From the human T2T-CHM13v2.0 reference genome, Homo sapiens, in assembly GCF_009914755.1 (NCBI RefSeq), contig NC_060942.1: DNA of 64,000 bases; one strand, written 5' to 3'. Below, one piece after another: positions 48,708-64,000 of the stretch (positions within the stretch are counted from its first letter, which is position 1; each line of letters starts with the position of its first letter). The position numbers and the translations under genes were made by a program. Under the pieces are notes generated by a model. It saw only the letters and a list, made by a program, of their open reading frames with translations. It did not search any database and had not been told where the DNA came from.

Positions 48708-50639
48708 CTATGACAACCACTATCTTGGAATATGGTGTTAATCACTACTATGCATATTTTAATATAGGTATCTATAAACAAAAGAAGTACTGTTTTGCAT
48801 GTTTTTAGACTTTACCCCCATAGCATTATTCGTCTGTACCTTGTTTTCTTAGCTCAAGATTTTGTTTGTTTTTCAATTCAGTCACGTTGTTTCATGCAGC
48901 TCTAGTCCATTCGTGAGAACTTTTCGATAGTATTACATTTTATTAATATCACAATTTATTTGTCCATTCTCAAACTAATGGAATGGTTTTTTTGTTTTCT
49001 TATTTTTTGTAAAGAAAAGGTTTCACTATGTTGCACAGGCAGGGTCTCACTTGTTTTCAATTTTGTTATTATGAAGCTGCAATAAACAATTCTTGAGAAC
49101 AATACTTATTTCTAGAATATATTCCTAGAAAGAAAACTGCTAGGTCAAAGGATATATTTAATATATACCTCCAACTTCATCAACTAAGTTGATCTACAAA
49201 ATAGTTACATATTTTTACATTCCCACCAAGTGGTATAAGAGTTCCTGTTTCTCTGCAACAATTATCCATATTGTCATATTATTTTGCCAAATTGATGAAC
49301 ATAAAGTGGTACCTCACTGGCTTACTTTTTCCTGATTTGTAAGATTAAGTATCATTTATTGACCTTTCAGGTTTCCTCACGTGAAATGCCTATAAACAGT
49401 ACTGCCATTTTTTTTTTTTACTGATTTGTAATAGTTATTAAGAGAGTCTGGGTATCAACCCTATACTGATTACATGTGTTTCTAAATGCTCTCTGCAAAA
49501 ACAAAAAACAAGATAAACCTGTTACCGATTCTGAAATCTAGTAAAATGTAAAAGCAAAGCTAATTCCTGACTTTTCAAAGTTCACAGCTACTTTCCAGAC
49601 CTTTATATCAGTGTTTCTGAAACCTTTCCGTCCACTCACAGAAGATGAATTCCTCATTCAGGGCCAATACACACATACTTACACATAAACTGAAAAACAA
49701 GGCTGTAAATCAATTTCTTCTCAAGGATGGGTGACGTTTTCATAACCACAAACAATATACAAGGACAGATTGTCTCCATTATATACAGCCAACATTTTGG
49801 CTCACATTTTGGCTGTTACGTACATACATCATATAGCTTTCACAAGGTTCAGTAAGCAAGCGTCTATTTTGATTAATAACGGTTAAAACCTTTAACACTT
49901 GATAAAAAACCATCATATCCATCAGGATGTTTGCAACAATAATGAAGAGTGTCCACTCTACCCAATGAATTAAGAATTAAAGTACAAGCTCAGACTAAGC
50001 AAATGAAATTTTTTATTTTCAGTCGCACTAGGATAATTTTTTACAAAGTTGCTCTGCATACATGAACTGATTCTGAATATTTTAGTGACAGACATCTCAA
50101 AAAAGTTTACTTCATTTACAGGAACACTATCAAATGTTTTGCAAAACAAAGACACTGCATTAGGGCATATAATCATAGAATAGGAAAGGACTTTAGGTGA
50201 CTTACTCTAAATCTCTCCTTTTCAGGTAAGGCATCTGCAACGCAGAAGTTATAAGAAACTTGCCCAATTGAGACCCTCTAAAATCTACAAATTCAGAGTC
50301 TTTTCCACTGCATTACCCATCTTCTTATATTAGACTTCTAAAACTATTCCTCTATTAATTTCACAAGAATAAGTTGCTGCGTTACAGAAATGACGGAAGT
50401 AACTCCCAAACCCACACCAATCTTTTTCTTTCCACTCCCCTACCTTCTCCCTCCCTTATCCTCCATTATCATTCACAGAATGAAAAAAATACCTGACCAC
50501 CTGAATTTCTGGCCCTAATTGGGTGTGGAGTCCCAACCCCCTGCTACTGTTTCCGTGTTAAGCTAACCGGAGTTTTCTTTTTTAATTATTCATTCCTTTA
50601 TTCAATAAATATCTAAGCCCAGACTTTGCAGAAGCGTGG

Positions 50640-51240
50640 TGCACGCAGCTCCTCCAAGCCCGCAGACCACCGCGCGCTGGCATCCCGACGCCGGGAAGCC
50701 GGGGGCGCTGGAGAAACGGGGTTCCCGGGGGCGCCTGGAGGCCGGCCGGGTGGTGGGAAGCGGCCGACATAAGCGGTTGACTCACCTTTCCGCAGCTCCC
50801 GCTCCCACACGGTGACGATGGGCCGCGAGTGTTTACGGTGGTGAATGAGCCACAGGGACAAGGTCTGCACGCTCTGCTGCGAGTTGCTCAACTCCGACAG
50901 CTTCTTCTCCAGCGCCGCCTCAGAGAAGGCTGACATCCCTCCGACACCACGTTCACGCCGTCCCACGCGGTGGGGCCGAGGGGAGGAGAGTTTCGCCGCC
51001 CTAGCTGCGGCCTCGCCCCCTCACCCCACCCTTCCCCACGCTCTCACCACGGCCGCCGCTTCATCCAAGACCGGCCGCAAACCAGCAAGATGGCGTCCGG
51101 CCGGCAGTGACGTCACAGGGACCCACGCCCCGCCCCTCCCGCTGCAAGCCCTGGGAAAACGCGCGGCCGAGAAGTGGAACCGCCAGGCGGAAGGGGCGGA
51201 GTCGAAACAAGTGCAGGGGAGGCGGACAGGGGCGTGATGC
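50640..51240. promoter_or_regulatory. CpG-island promoter of RPRD1A
   Basis: High GC and CpG density against an AT-rich background. Contains the CRE palindrome GTGACGTCAC at 51107-51116, YY1-type CAAGATGGCG at 51086-51095, and GC boxes at ~51128 and ~51193. Confidence 0.9.
50786..50936 (-). CDS. RPRD1A: RPRD1A coding exon 1 (MSAFSEAALEKK...WERELRK), N-terminal part of the CID domain
   Basis: ATG at 50936-50934. The translation matches the RPRD1A N-terminus as I recall it. Donor AAG|GTGAGT at 50785; 151 nt, phase 1; inside the CpG island. Confidence 0.97.
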
Positions 51241-51419
51241 CTGGGTTACTCTCAGAGGCATGGTGGGAGTTTGCCAGGCCTGAACCCTCCTTAATGGAAA
51301 CTCTGTCAAAGAAGCAGTGATTACAGATCTCTACATAGGCATGTAAACTGGTATAAATTGGGGCAGGCACTTTAAAGACTATTTGCATGACCAATTACGG
51401 TTAAAAATACACCTTCCTA

Positions 51420-51755
51420 AATAGAGTATAGGATGGTGACCAGAGGCTGGGAAGGGTAGTGGGGGAGGGCTAAATAGAAGGACTAATAGAAGGACTAAAT
51501 ATAAATAGGACCTAGTATTTGATAGCATGACAGGGGACTAGAGTCAGTAATAATTTAATTGTACATTTTAAAATAACTAAAAGGATAATTGGATTGTTTG
51601 TAACACAAAGGATAAATGCTTAAAGGGATGGATACCCAACTTTGCATAATGCGATTATTAGGCATTGCCATGCCTGTACCAAAATATCTTATGTACTCCA
51701 TAAATATATACACCTACTATGTACCCACAAAAATGAAAAATGAATAAAAATTATA
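51420..51755 (+). mobile_element. L1MA 3' end directly upstream of the promoter
   Basis: ggatggtgaccagaggctgggaagggtagtgg...aaatatatacacctactatgtacccacaaaa. Confidence 0.85.
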
Positions 51756-51867
51756 AGAATACTCTTTCCTAGCAATTTCACTAATTGCTGTCAGTGCTGG
51801 AAAAAACACCAGCATGTTTGCACCAGGAAGCTTATTCTAGGTGTTCAGTCCAACACAGTAACAGTGA

Positions 51868-52209
<342 letters not shown>

Positions 52210-52993
52210 TAGTTCATATGGGTTCACAAGTACGTAAACTCATGGCAAAGGTTTGGAGGAATACACACCACATGAATACGGGTCTCAGGGAGAGGATCAG
52301 AATTGGAGCCCTTAAATTGTGTCCATATTGTTTTCATTTTTACAAAAAGAATACGTGAATATATTACTTATATAGTTAAAAATTAATTACAGAAATATCA
52401 TTGTTAATCTAATGCATACACCATCATATTCTAAAATTTTTTTTGAGACCGGGTCTTACTCTGTTGCCCAGGCTGGAGTATGTGGTTCAGTCATGTTCAC
52501 TGCAGTCTCGACCTCTGGGCTCAAGCAATCCTCCTCTGTGTCGGCCTCCCAAAGTGCTGGGAATACAGTTGTAAGCCACCATGCCTGGCCCTAAATATTA
52601 ATACAAGAAACTTCCAGAAAGATACATAAGAAACCATAGGAATTCCTAAACTATCTTTTGACAAGCATCGTTCAAGAACTTTGCGGCCAGATGTGTGGCT
52701 CATGTCTATAATCCCAGCACTCTGGGAGGCCGAGGTGGGAGGATTGCTTGAGCCCAGGAGTTAGACACCAACCTGGGTAACATAGTGAGTCCCTGTCTTT
52801 ACTAAAAATTTAAAAATTAGCTGGGCATGGTGGTATGCGCCTATGGTCCCAGGAAGCTGAGGTAGGAGGATCACCTGAACCTGAGAGGCAGAGGTTGCCG
52901 TGAGTCATGATTGTGCCACTGCACTCCAGCCTGAGCAACAGAGCAAGACCCTGTCTCAAAAAATGAAAAGGAAGGGCAGGGCACGGTGGCTCA

Positions 52994-53353
<360 letters not shown>

Positions 53354-54399
53354 TCAGAGATATCGTTGTAGAGGTGAAGTTCACTCTTCCTTCACCTCTT
53401 TTCACTCCAATATCTATTCCTATCTTTACATTTCTTTCTTTCTCCATTATACATCTTTTTGTTTATCCAATCTATTTAGCCTAGTTTTTAACTTTAACTT
53501 AGTTCGAGTTTAACCTATCTTTTTTTTTTTTAAAAGGAGACAAGATATCGCTCTGTTGCCCAGGATGGAGTGCAGTGGCATCATCACAGCTCACCGCAGC
53601 CTCAACCTCCCAGGCTCAGGTGATTCCCCCCACCTCAGCCTACCAAGTAGCTAGGACTACAGGTGTACCATCACGCCCAGCTTATTTTTAAATTTTTTTT
53701 TTTAGAGATGGGGTCTCGCCATGTTGCCCAGGCTGGTCTTGAATTCTCAGGCTCAAGCCATCCTCCTGTCCCTGCCTCCCAAAGTGCTGGGATTATAGAA
53801 CGTGAGCTACTGAGGCTGTCCAAACCTATCTATCCCCTGAGACCTTAAAAGTATCTTCAACAATATTCCATTCCATTCCACCAAAGACTACTTCCCATCT
53901 CCCAGTGTCTTCACCTGAGATTTCCACTCTTCTCATTCTCTATCTCTGTCTTCCTCTGTGTCTCAATTCTACCTAAAATTTCAGCTTAAATTCTGCCTTA
54001 AATTTCAGCTTTCTTTTCTTTCCACTCAGTCAATGTTAGATTCCTTCCTTGTGTTTTTTAATTACTGAATGCCTTATTTAGCACTTACACTACTAGTCTA
54101 TGTTATTTACAATTTAATATATGTATTCTCTCTCTCCAGCTAGATTTAGCACTCCGTGACTCAGTCATAGCACCAACTCTTCTGTCTTCCTTGGTCCACA
54201 GTCTAATCTGGCTGTCCCTGCTCCAGGCTCCCAGAACATTCTATGTATGAATGTACCATGGCTTTTGGCACTAGGATGTTAGATCTACATTTATTGACGT
54301 TGTTACTTATAGCTATATTTTCAAAATATTGACTGTAACTATTTATACCTTTAGATACTTATGACTCGTTTTTATATCTTGTCTCTAAATTGGAAAGCA

Positions 54400-54975
54400 G
54401 GAGGTAAAATGGTCTCCATTCACAGAAGATATGATCTTAGATATAGATCTTGAAGAATTCACCCACAAAATTTAGAGATGATAAACAAATTCAGCAAAGT
54501 TCTGGGATATAAGATCAACACACAAAAATGAGTTGTATTTATATACACTGATAATAAATAATTTGAAAATGACATTAAGAAAAAAATCTTATTTACAATA
54601 ACATCAAAAAAGGCTGAAATACTATGGAATAAATTTAGGCAAGGAAGTATAAGACTTGTATCCTGAAAACTACAAAATATTGGTGAAATATATCAAATAC
54701 CTAAATAAATAGAAAGATATCCTGTGTTCATGGATTGGAGGATTTAATATTCTTAAGATGGCAATAATACCCCCAAGCAATCTTCAAATTCAATGCAATT
54801 CATGTTAAAATACCAATGGCCTTTTATGCAGAAATGGAAAACCTGACCTTAAAATTCATATGGAATTGAAAGGAGCCCTGAATAATCAAAACAATCTTGA
54901 AAAAGAAAAACAAAGTTGGAGGATTCACAGTTTCTTATTTCAAAAATTACTTCAAAGCTACAGTTATATCAAAAC
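54400..54975 (+). mobile_element. L1 ORF2 fragment
   Basis: ccattcacagaagatatgatc, aattcagcaaagtt, cctgtgttcatggattggagg, cttaaaattcatatggaa. Confidence 0.85.
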
Positions 54976-55062
54976 ATATATCAGGCTAGGCGTGGTGGCT
55001 CACGCCTGTAATCCCAGCACTTTGGGAGGCCAAGGGGCGGGGGGGGGGGGGGGGGTGGATCA

Positions 55063-55353
<291 letters not shown>

Positions 55354-56031
55354 CTAGCACTTTGGGAGGCCGAGGCGGGCGGATCTGTTGAGGTCAGGAG
55401 TTCGAAACCAGCCTGGACAACATGGTGAAATCCTGTCTCTACTTAAAATACCAAAAAATTCTCTGGGCGTGATGGCGGGCACCTGTAATGCCAGCTACTC
55501 AGGAGGCTGAGGCAGGAGAATGGCGTGAACCCAGGAGGCAGAGGTTGCAGTGAGCCGAGATTGCACCAGTGCACTCCAGCCTGGGTGACAGAGTGAGACT
55601 CCATCTCAAAAAACAAACAAACAAACAAACAAATAAACAAACAAAAAACCAGTGTGATATATTATTCAGCCATAAAAAGAGATGAAATAATAATGCATGA
55701 TACAAGACAGATTAACCTCAAAAATATTATGCTAGCTGGCACAGTGGCTCATGCCTGTAGTCCCAACAATGTGGGAGGCTGAGGCAGGAATGAACCCTTG
55801 AGGTCAGGAGTTCAAGACCATCCTGTACAACACAGTGAGACTCCATCTCTACAAAAAAAGAATTTTTTTTAAGCCCAGACATGGTGGCTGACACCAGCAA
55901 TCCTAGTACTTTGAACTCCTGGACTCAAGCAATCCTCCCACCTCGGCCTCGCAAAGTGCTGGGATTACAGGTGTGAGCCACTGCTCCCAGCATAATATAT
56001 TTTATGAACTAAATTAAAGGCTTTAAGGCTA

Positions 56032-56381
<350 letters not shown>

Positions 56382-56456
56382 TTACTATCCATAATATCTT
56401 AATACTCTCAGTATCTATTCCGATAATACTGTTAAATATAATCATAATATAATTAG

Positions 56457-56951
<495 letters not shown>

Positions 56952-57310
56952 TAATATTGATCTCGTGAGATGGAACATGTACTATCTTAAAAAAAAATCA
57001 TGCACTTACATCTCTACAGACTTCTCTGGAATATGTAATATTCCTAAAAAGTTCCAGGAAATAAACAAACAAATTAGGAGATTATGTATTCTAGCTGGCT
57101 CTAGCTGATACTCCCATGCATGTAAATACTGCCTCAGAGCCATTGTCATGTCAGGTAAGTCAACAGCCCATCTTCCAACAAAAGGAATATGAAGTACTGC
57201 CTTTAGTTGAACAAAAGATGATGTTCTCTTTACAATCTTCTAATCAATAGAATCTTGACAATGAGTCTGAATTTCACGGAATAACATATTCCTGCAGGTT
57301 GACTTGAGCT

Positions 57311-58303
<993 letters not shown>

Positions 58304-59464
58304 TGACGTGCTGGGGTTACAGGCGTGAGCTATGGCACCCAGCCCATGGGCTTTGATACATAACATACATCAAACTTTTAATAGTGACTAGCTCTATGGG
58401 TAAGAATACAGGCAATTTCTTCTTTCCAATGTATATATTTCTTTTCTTTCTTTCTTTCTTTCTTTTTTTTTTTTTTTTTGAAGCAGGTTCCTGTTCTGTC
58501 GCCTAGGCTGGAGAGCAGTGCCGCAATCACGGCTCACAGCAGCCTTGATCTCCTGGGCTCAGGGAATCCTCCCACTTCTCAGCCTCCCAAATATCTGGGA
58601 GCAGAGGCATGCACCACCATGCCCAGCTAATGTTTTGTATTTGTTATAGAGGTAGGGTTTCACCCTGTTGTCCAGGCTGGTCTGAAATTCGTAGGCTCAA
58701 GCAGTCAGTCCCACTCAGCTTCCCAAAGTGCTGGGATTACAGGTGTGAGCCACCACGCCTTACCTATACTTCAGTATGGTTTGAATTTTTTATTACAAGC
58801 ATGTATTTGTTGTATAATGAGAAAATAATAAATATATTTTGATTGGGGCAGAAGAAGGACCTCAACTGGCTCCGCTTTGCAAATGAGATAAAGACCATAT
58901 TTTTAGTATGGCATACAAGGCTCATGTTAATCCAGTTCTACCATTTTCTGCAGCCCCATTGCCACAGCTCCCTCACTATGTTCTTGAATCTCCAGCAGGG
59001 CCAAACTTCTCTATTTCCCAAATCCATTCCTATTCCATTTTCCACTGCCTTCTATCCATTAAACAGGCAAGCATCATTCTTCCTGCAGCACTCTGACTTC
59101 ACCCCACCATCAAAATAAAGAACTTTCTCGGCTGGCTCATGTCTATAATCCCAGCACTTTAGGGAGGCTGAGGCGAGTGGATCACTTAAGGCCAGGAGTT
59201 CAAGACCAGCCTGGCCAACATGGCGAAACCCCATCTCTGTGAAAAATACAAAAATTTGCCAGGAGTGGTGGCGCATGCTTGTAATTCCAGTTACTCGGGA
59301 GGCTGAGGCAGGAGAATTGCTTGAACCCAGGAGACAGAAGTTGCAGTGAGCCAAGATCACACCACTGCACTCCAGCCTGGATGACAGAGCAAGACTCTGT
59401 CTCAAAAAATAAATAAAATAAAATTTGATTTGAACAAACGTGAATGTATAAACAAAACATGGTA

Positions 59465-62410
59465 TAATGCGCTGCTTAATGACATTTGGTCAATGACAGA
59501 CACATAAGGTTATAATGAAGCTGAACACTTCCTATTGCTCGGTGATGTGTAACTGTTGTAACATTGTGCAATGCATTACTCATGTGCTTGTTATGATGCT
59601 GGTGTAAACAAACCTACTGTGCTGCCAGTTGTGTAAGTCTAGTGCATAGAATTATGTACAGTGCATAACACTTGATAATAAACAACTCTGTTACAGGTTT
59701 GTGTATTTACTATGGTTTTTATCTTTATTTTAAAGTGGACTTCTACTTCTGAAAAAGAGTTAACTGTGAAACAGCCTCAGGCAGGCTTTTCAGGATATGG
59801 AGTGAAACTAACCCAACAGCCATCGTGAGTGAGAGCAGGGCAGTCACACCCCATTTGATCCTGTAGAGGGAAACTCTCTGAGCTGAGACACTGTGGTAGG
59901 GAAAACTCCCACCAACCACTTGAAAGGGGCATCCAGCAGAGACTTCTGGTTTGGGCTTGGAAACTACCAAATTGGGACTCAACTGTTTTCAACTAATCAG
60001 GACTGAATGAGTTTGAGTTCCTCATTTGCGTATACGGACCTGATTGAGGACTGGAGCAGGACCTTTCCCTATTTAAGCCAGAACCCCTTTTTGTTCTCCA
60101 GAGCATGCTTTCTTTTTATATCAGAGGCTTCCTCTCCCAATCTGCAGATTGCTCATTTTTAGAAAATAAAGCTCTCCTTTGTCTTTCCCCTGCAGACCTC
60201 ATGGTCTTTTATAAAAAAGAAGGTGTTTCAGACGACATTGTTATAAGAGATGACAGCTTCATGCATATTACTGCCCCTGAAGATCTTCTAGTGGGATAAG
60301 ATGTAGAGGTGGAAGACAGTGATATTGATAATCCTGCCCTTGTTTAGGCATAGGCTAATGTGTGTGTTTGTGTATTAGTTTTTTTTGTTTTTTGTTTATT
60401 TATTTATTTATTTTTTATTGATCATTCTTGGGTGTTTCTCACAGAGGGGGATTTGGCAGGGTCATAGGACAATAGTGGAGGGAAGGTCAGCAGATAAACA
60501 AGTGAACAAAGGTCTCTGGTTTTCCTAGGCAGAGGACCCTGCGGCCTTCCCCAGTGTTTGTGTCCCTGGGTACTTGAGATTAGGGAGTGGTGATGACTCT
60601 TAACGAGCATGCTACCTTCAAACATCTGTTTAACGAAGCACATCTTGCACCGCCCTTAATCCATTTAACCCTGAGTGGACACAGCACATGTTTCAGAGAG
60701 CACAGGGTTGGGGGTAAGGTCACAGATCAACAGGATCCCAAGGCAGAAGAATTTTTCTTAGTACAGAACAAAATGAAAAGTCTCCTATGTCTACTTCTTT
60801 CTACACAGACACGGCAACCATCCGATTTCTCAATCTTTTCCCCACCTTTCCCCCCTTTCTATTCCACAAAACCGCCATTGTCATCATGGCCCATTCTCAA
60901 TGAGCTGTTGGGTACACCTCCCAGACGGGGTGGCGGCCGGGCAGAGGGGCTCCTCACCTCCCGGATGGGGCGGCTGGTCAGGCGGGGGGCTGACCCACCC
61001 ACCTCCCTCCCGGACGGGGCGGCTGGCCGGGCAGAGGGGCTCCTCACTTCCCAGTAGGGGTGGCCGGGCAGAGGCGCCCCTCACCTCCCGGACGGGGAGG
61101 CTGGCCGGGCGGGGGGCTGACCCCCCCACCTCCCTCCCAGACGGGGCGGCTGGCCGGGCGGGGGGCTGACCCCCCACCTCCCTCCCGGACGGGGCGGCTG
61201 GCCGGGCGGGGGGCTGACCCCCCACCTCCCTCCCGGACGGGGCGGCTGGCCTGGCGGGGGCTGACCCCCACCTCCCTCCCGGATGGGGTGGCTGCAGGGC
61301 AGAAACGCTCCTCACTTCCCAGACGGGGTGGTTGCCGGGCGGAGGGGCTCCTCACTTCTCAGATGGGGCGGCTGCCGGGCGGAGGGGCTCCTCACTTCTC
61401 AGATGGGGCGGCTGCCGGGCGGAGGGGCTCCTCACTTCTCAGATGGGGCGGTTGCCAGGCGGAGGGTCTCCTCCCTTCTCAGACGGGGCGGCAGGGCAGA
61501 GACGCTCCTCACCTCCCAGATGGGGTTGCGGCCGGGCAGAGGTGCTCCTCACATCCCAGACGGGGCGGCGGGGCAGAGGCGCTCCCCACATCTCAGACGA
61601 TGGGTGGCCGGGCAGAGACGCTCCTCACTTCCTAGATGGGATGGCGGCCGGGAAGAGGTGCTCCTCACTTCCTAGATGGGATGGCAGCCGGGCAGAGACG
61701 CTCCTCACTTTCCAGACTGGGCAGCCAGGCAGAGGGGCTCCTCACGTCCCAGACGATGGGCGGCCAGGCAGAGATGCTCCTCACTTCCCAGACAGGGTGG
61801 CAGCTGGGCAGAGGCTGCACTCTCGGCACTTTGGGAGGCCAAGGCAGGCGGCTGGGAGGTGGAGGTTGTAGCAAGCCGAGATCATGCCACTGCACTCCAG
61901 CCTGGGCACCATTGAGCACTTAGTGAACCAGACTCCGTCTGCAATCCCGGCACCTAGGGAGGCCGAGGCTGGCGGATCACTCGCGGTTAGGAGCTGGAGA
62001 CCAGCCCGGCCAACACAGCGAAACCCCGTCTCCACCAAAAAAATACGAAAACCAGTCAGGCATGGCGGCGCGCGCCTGCAATCGCAGGCACTCGGCAGGC
62101 TGAGGCAGGAGAATCAGGCAGGGAGGTTGCAGTGAGCCGAGATGGCAGCAGTACAGTCCAGCTTCGGCTCGGCATCAGAGGGAGACCGTGGAAAGAGAGG
62201 GAGAGGGAGACCGTGGGGAGAGGGAGAGGGAGACCGTGGGGAGAGGGAGAGGGAGAGGGAGAGTGTGTATTAGTTTTTAACAAAAAAGTTTAAAAAGTAA
62301 TTTTTTGGCAAGAAGAAGTTTATAAGATTAGGATATAAAGAAAGAATTATTTGTGTACAGCTATACAATGTGTTTGTATTTTAAGCTAAGTGTTATTACA
62401 AAATAGTTAG
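59465..62410 (+). mobile_element. Tigger3b-like DNA transposon split by an LTR (~59800-60212, LTR47-like) and by the SVA
   Basis: Tigger3-like segments at 59465-59798, 60215-60383 and 62264-62410 read contiguously once the insertions are removed. Confidence 0.75.
60384..62263 (-). mobile_element. Full-length SVA retrotransposon (C/D-like; subfamily uncertain)
   Basis: On the minus strand: (CCCTCT)n hexamer, Alu-like region, GC-rich VNTR (~60915-61810), SINE-R, A-rich tail. 15-bp TSD TGTGTATTAGTTTTT (60369-60383 and 62264-62278). Confidence 0.97.
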
Positions 62411-62419
62411 AGATAAGAA

Positions 62420-64000
62420 TTCAAGATGGCAGATTGGAGACAAGGCTGATGTACAGCTCCCACTTGGACAGACAGAACAGTGTGTGGAGACTTACACCAT
62501 GGACTTTTGCTCTAGGAACCACCACAGGAATGTACCAGGAAAACCAAAAGAATTCACAGATCATTTGAAAGAAGTAGTAGGCTGCTGCAAATTCTGTGAG
62601 ACAGGAGAAAAACTGTGAGTTCTTAAGGTGAGAAGGGGGAAAAGCTGCCTCTGAACACACATCCCCACTGGGGAACCCGAAAGTCCAGATTATGGGAGAA
62701 GGATTTACCCTTACTTAAACCTGAAACAGACTTAGTGTGAAATATGAAAGTAGTGAGAAGAGCCTTGTAGGCACTTCCATTCTCCCGCTTGAGCCGAGGG
62801 AAGCCATCCCTGACTATATCTCACAGAGGCCCTCGGGAAATGCAGCCAGTGGAATTTGGGAGGGGTCACAGGGTGAAAGTAGTTTCCGGCTAAACTTTAT
62901 AATAACTTTGACTGGGCACAAACTCTCTTGAGCAGAATCCAGGGCAAATGGGAACTACTGCAGAAAGGAGAGCAGGAGTCACAGCTGACAGTGAGGGCGG
63001 ATGGGGAGGGGTATGGCTGAAAGCCATGCTTACTTTCTTAGCGGGTGAAACTTAAAGCTTGGGACTAGGTCTGAGTCCTGTGCACAGGCTGCCTGGAGAT
63101 AAACTTGCACTGTTAGTTGGGTATGTTGAGAGTGAGAACAGCCTTGCCAACTGGATGGGAGCTGGGTGAGGTCTATTGCTACCAGCTTTCCCCCACTTCC
63201 CTGGTGATAGAGGCAGCCATAATCCCCTCTGGAACATAACCCCATTGGTCCAAGAACCGCCTTCCCCATCTCCCACAGTGGCTGCAGCAAACCCCACTCA
63301 AGGAGAGTCTGAGCTTAGACCCACCTAACCTTGCCCCCCCCACTTGATGGTATTTCTCTACCTGCCCTGGTAGCTGATCACAAAAGACAAACTCTTGGGA
63401 GTTTTATGACCCCACCCATTGCTTGAGAAACCTGAATACTTAACCTGGCCAATTTAGGACAAGCCGATATCCCCCTTCTACTATTGCAGCTGGTGGTCTC
63501 TTGAAAGCGCTACCTCCTGTCTAAAGGCCAACCAACTCAGGACGTTACAGCAACTCATGACTGAATGAACCTGCTCCAAGGAAGGAGAAAACAACAGCTA
63601 ATTCCACTGCCTCCAACATCCTGGCAACTGGTGATCTTGAGTCTGTCCATGTGACAACTTCACTGCTAGCATAACCAGCTTTTGAGAAAGCCAACATACT
63701 AAACACATCTACAAGCAAGGACTCTCACAGAGTCTACTTCTCTCCCCTATCACCTCCACCAGAGCAGGTGCAGGTATCTACAGCTGGGAGACCTGAAGAC
63801 AGATGGCATCACAGGACTCTTCACAGGTATTCTCCAGCAACAGACCAGAGCCAGAGCCTGGTAGCACCTCTGGGTGTCTAAACCAAGAAAAGCAATAACA
63901 ATTACTTCCTGAAGTCTGGCTCACAGGAAGCCCCATCCCTAGAGGAAGGGGAGAACACCACATCAAGGGACCACCCTGCGGGACTAAAGAATCTGAACAG
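62420..64000 (+). mobile_element. Older primate L1 (L1PB-like) 5' UTR running off the window
   Basis: Begins with the L1 5' YY1 motif CAAGATGGC, followed by a GC-richer 5'UTR-like sequence. Confidence 0.7.

Noticed and set aside
50937-50966. In-frame GTG giving a 10-aa N-terminal extension
   Set aside because: Near-cognate codon with a pyrimidine at -3; no support from the sequence alone.
50845-51237. 130-aa plus-strand ORF antisense to exon 1
   Set aside because: Expected by chance in a CpG island opposite a coding exon; no recognisable domain.
60422-62283. Many overlapping 70-190 aa ORFs
   Set aside because: They arise from the GC-rich SVA VNTR, SINE-R and Alu-like sequence, which has few stop codons. 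They are not genes.

Overview
Primate, almost certainly human, genomic DNA (it carries an AluYb8-type element and an SVA). The window covers most of RPRD1A (P15RS, an RNA polymerase II CTD-interacting-domain protein; chr18q12 from recall) on the minus strand. It includes the CpG-island promoter and exon 1 (~50.8-51.2 kb), a ~33 kb first intron, and coding exons 2-6 (17370 to 10432). The six exons splice in frame through GT-AG junctions to give 789 nt, or 263 codons. The canonical last exon is not in the window and should lie left of base 1. Most of the rest is interspersed repeats: about 45 Alus, old L1 fragments, Tigger1/2/3, Charlie1, a THE1/MaLR provirus, a solo LTR12, MLT2, a MER67-like LTR and a full-length SVA. 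Nearly all ORFs in the supplied track are repeat-derived artefacts. I found no convincing new multi-gene system. The most interesting signals are: (i) a 59-nt cassette exon in intron 1 whose stop codon overlaps a new start codon (ATGA); (ii) an alternative 3' module after exon 6; (iii) a ~1.9 kb scrambled rearrangement with microhomology junctions; (iv) a ~180 bp orphan polyadenylated retrocopy with a 14-bp TSD; (v) an antisense LTR12 promoter 2 kb inside the gene. Repeat family names come from memory of consensus sequences, and repeat boundaries are approximate unless a TSD is quoted.
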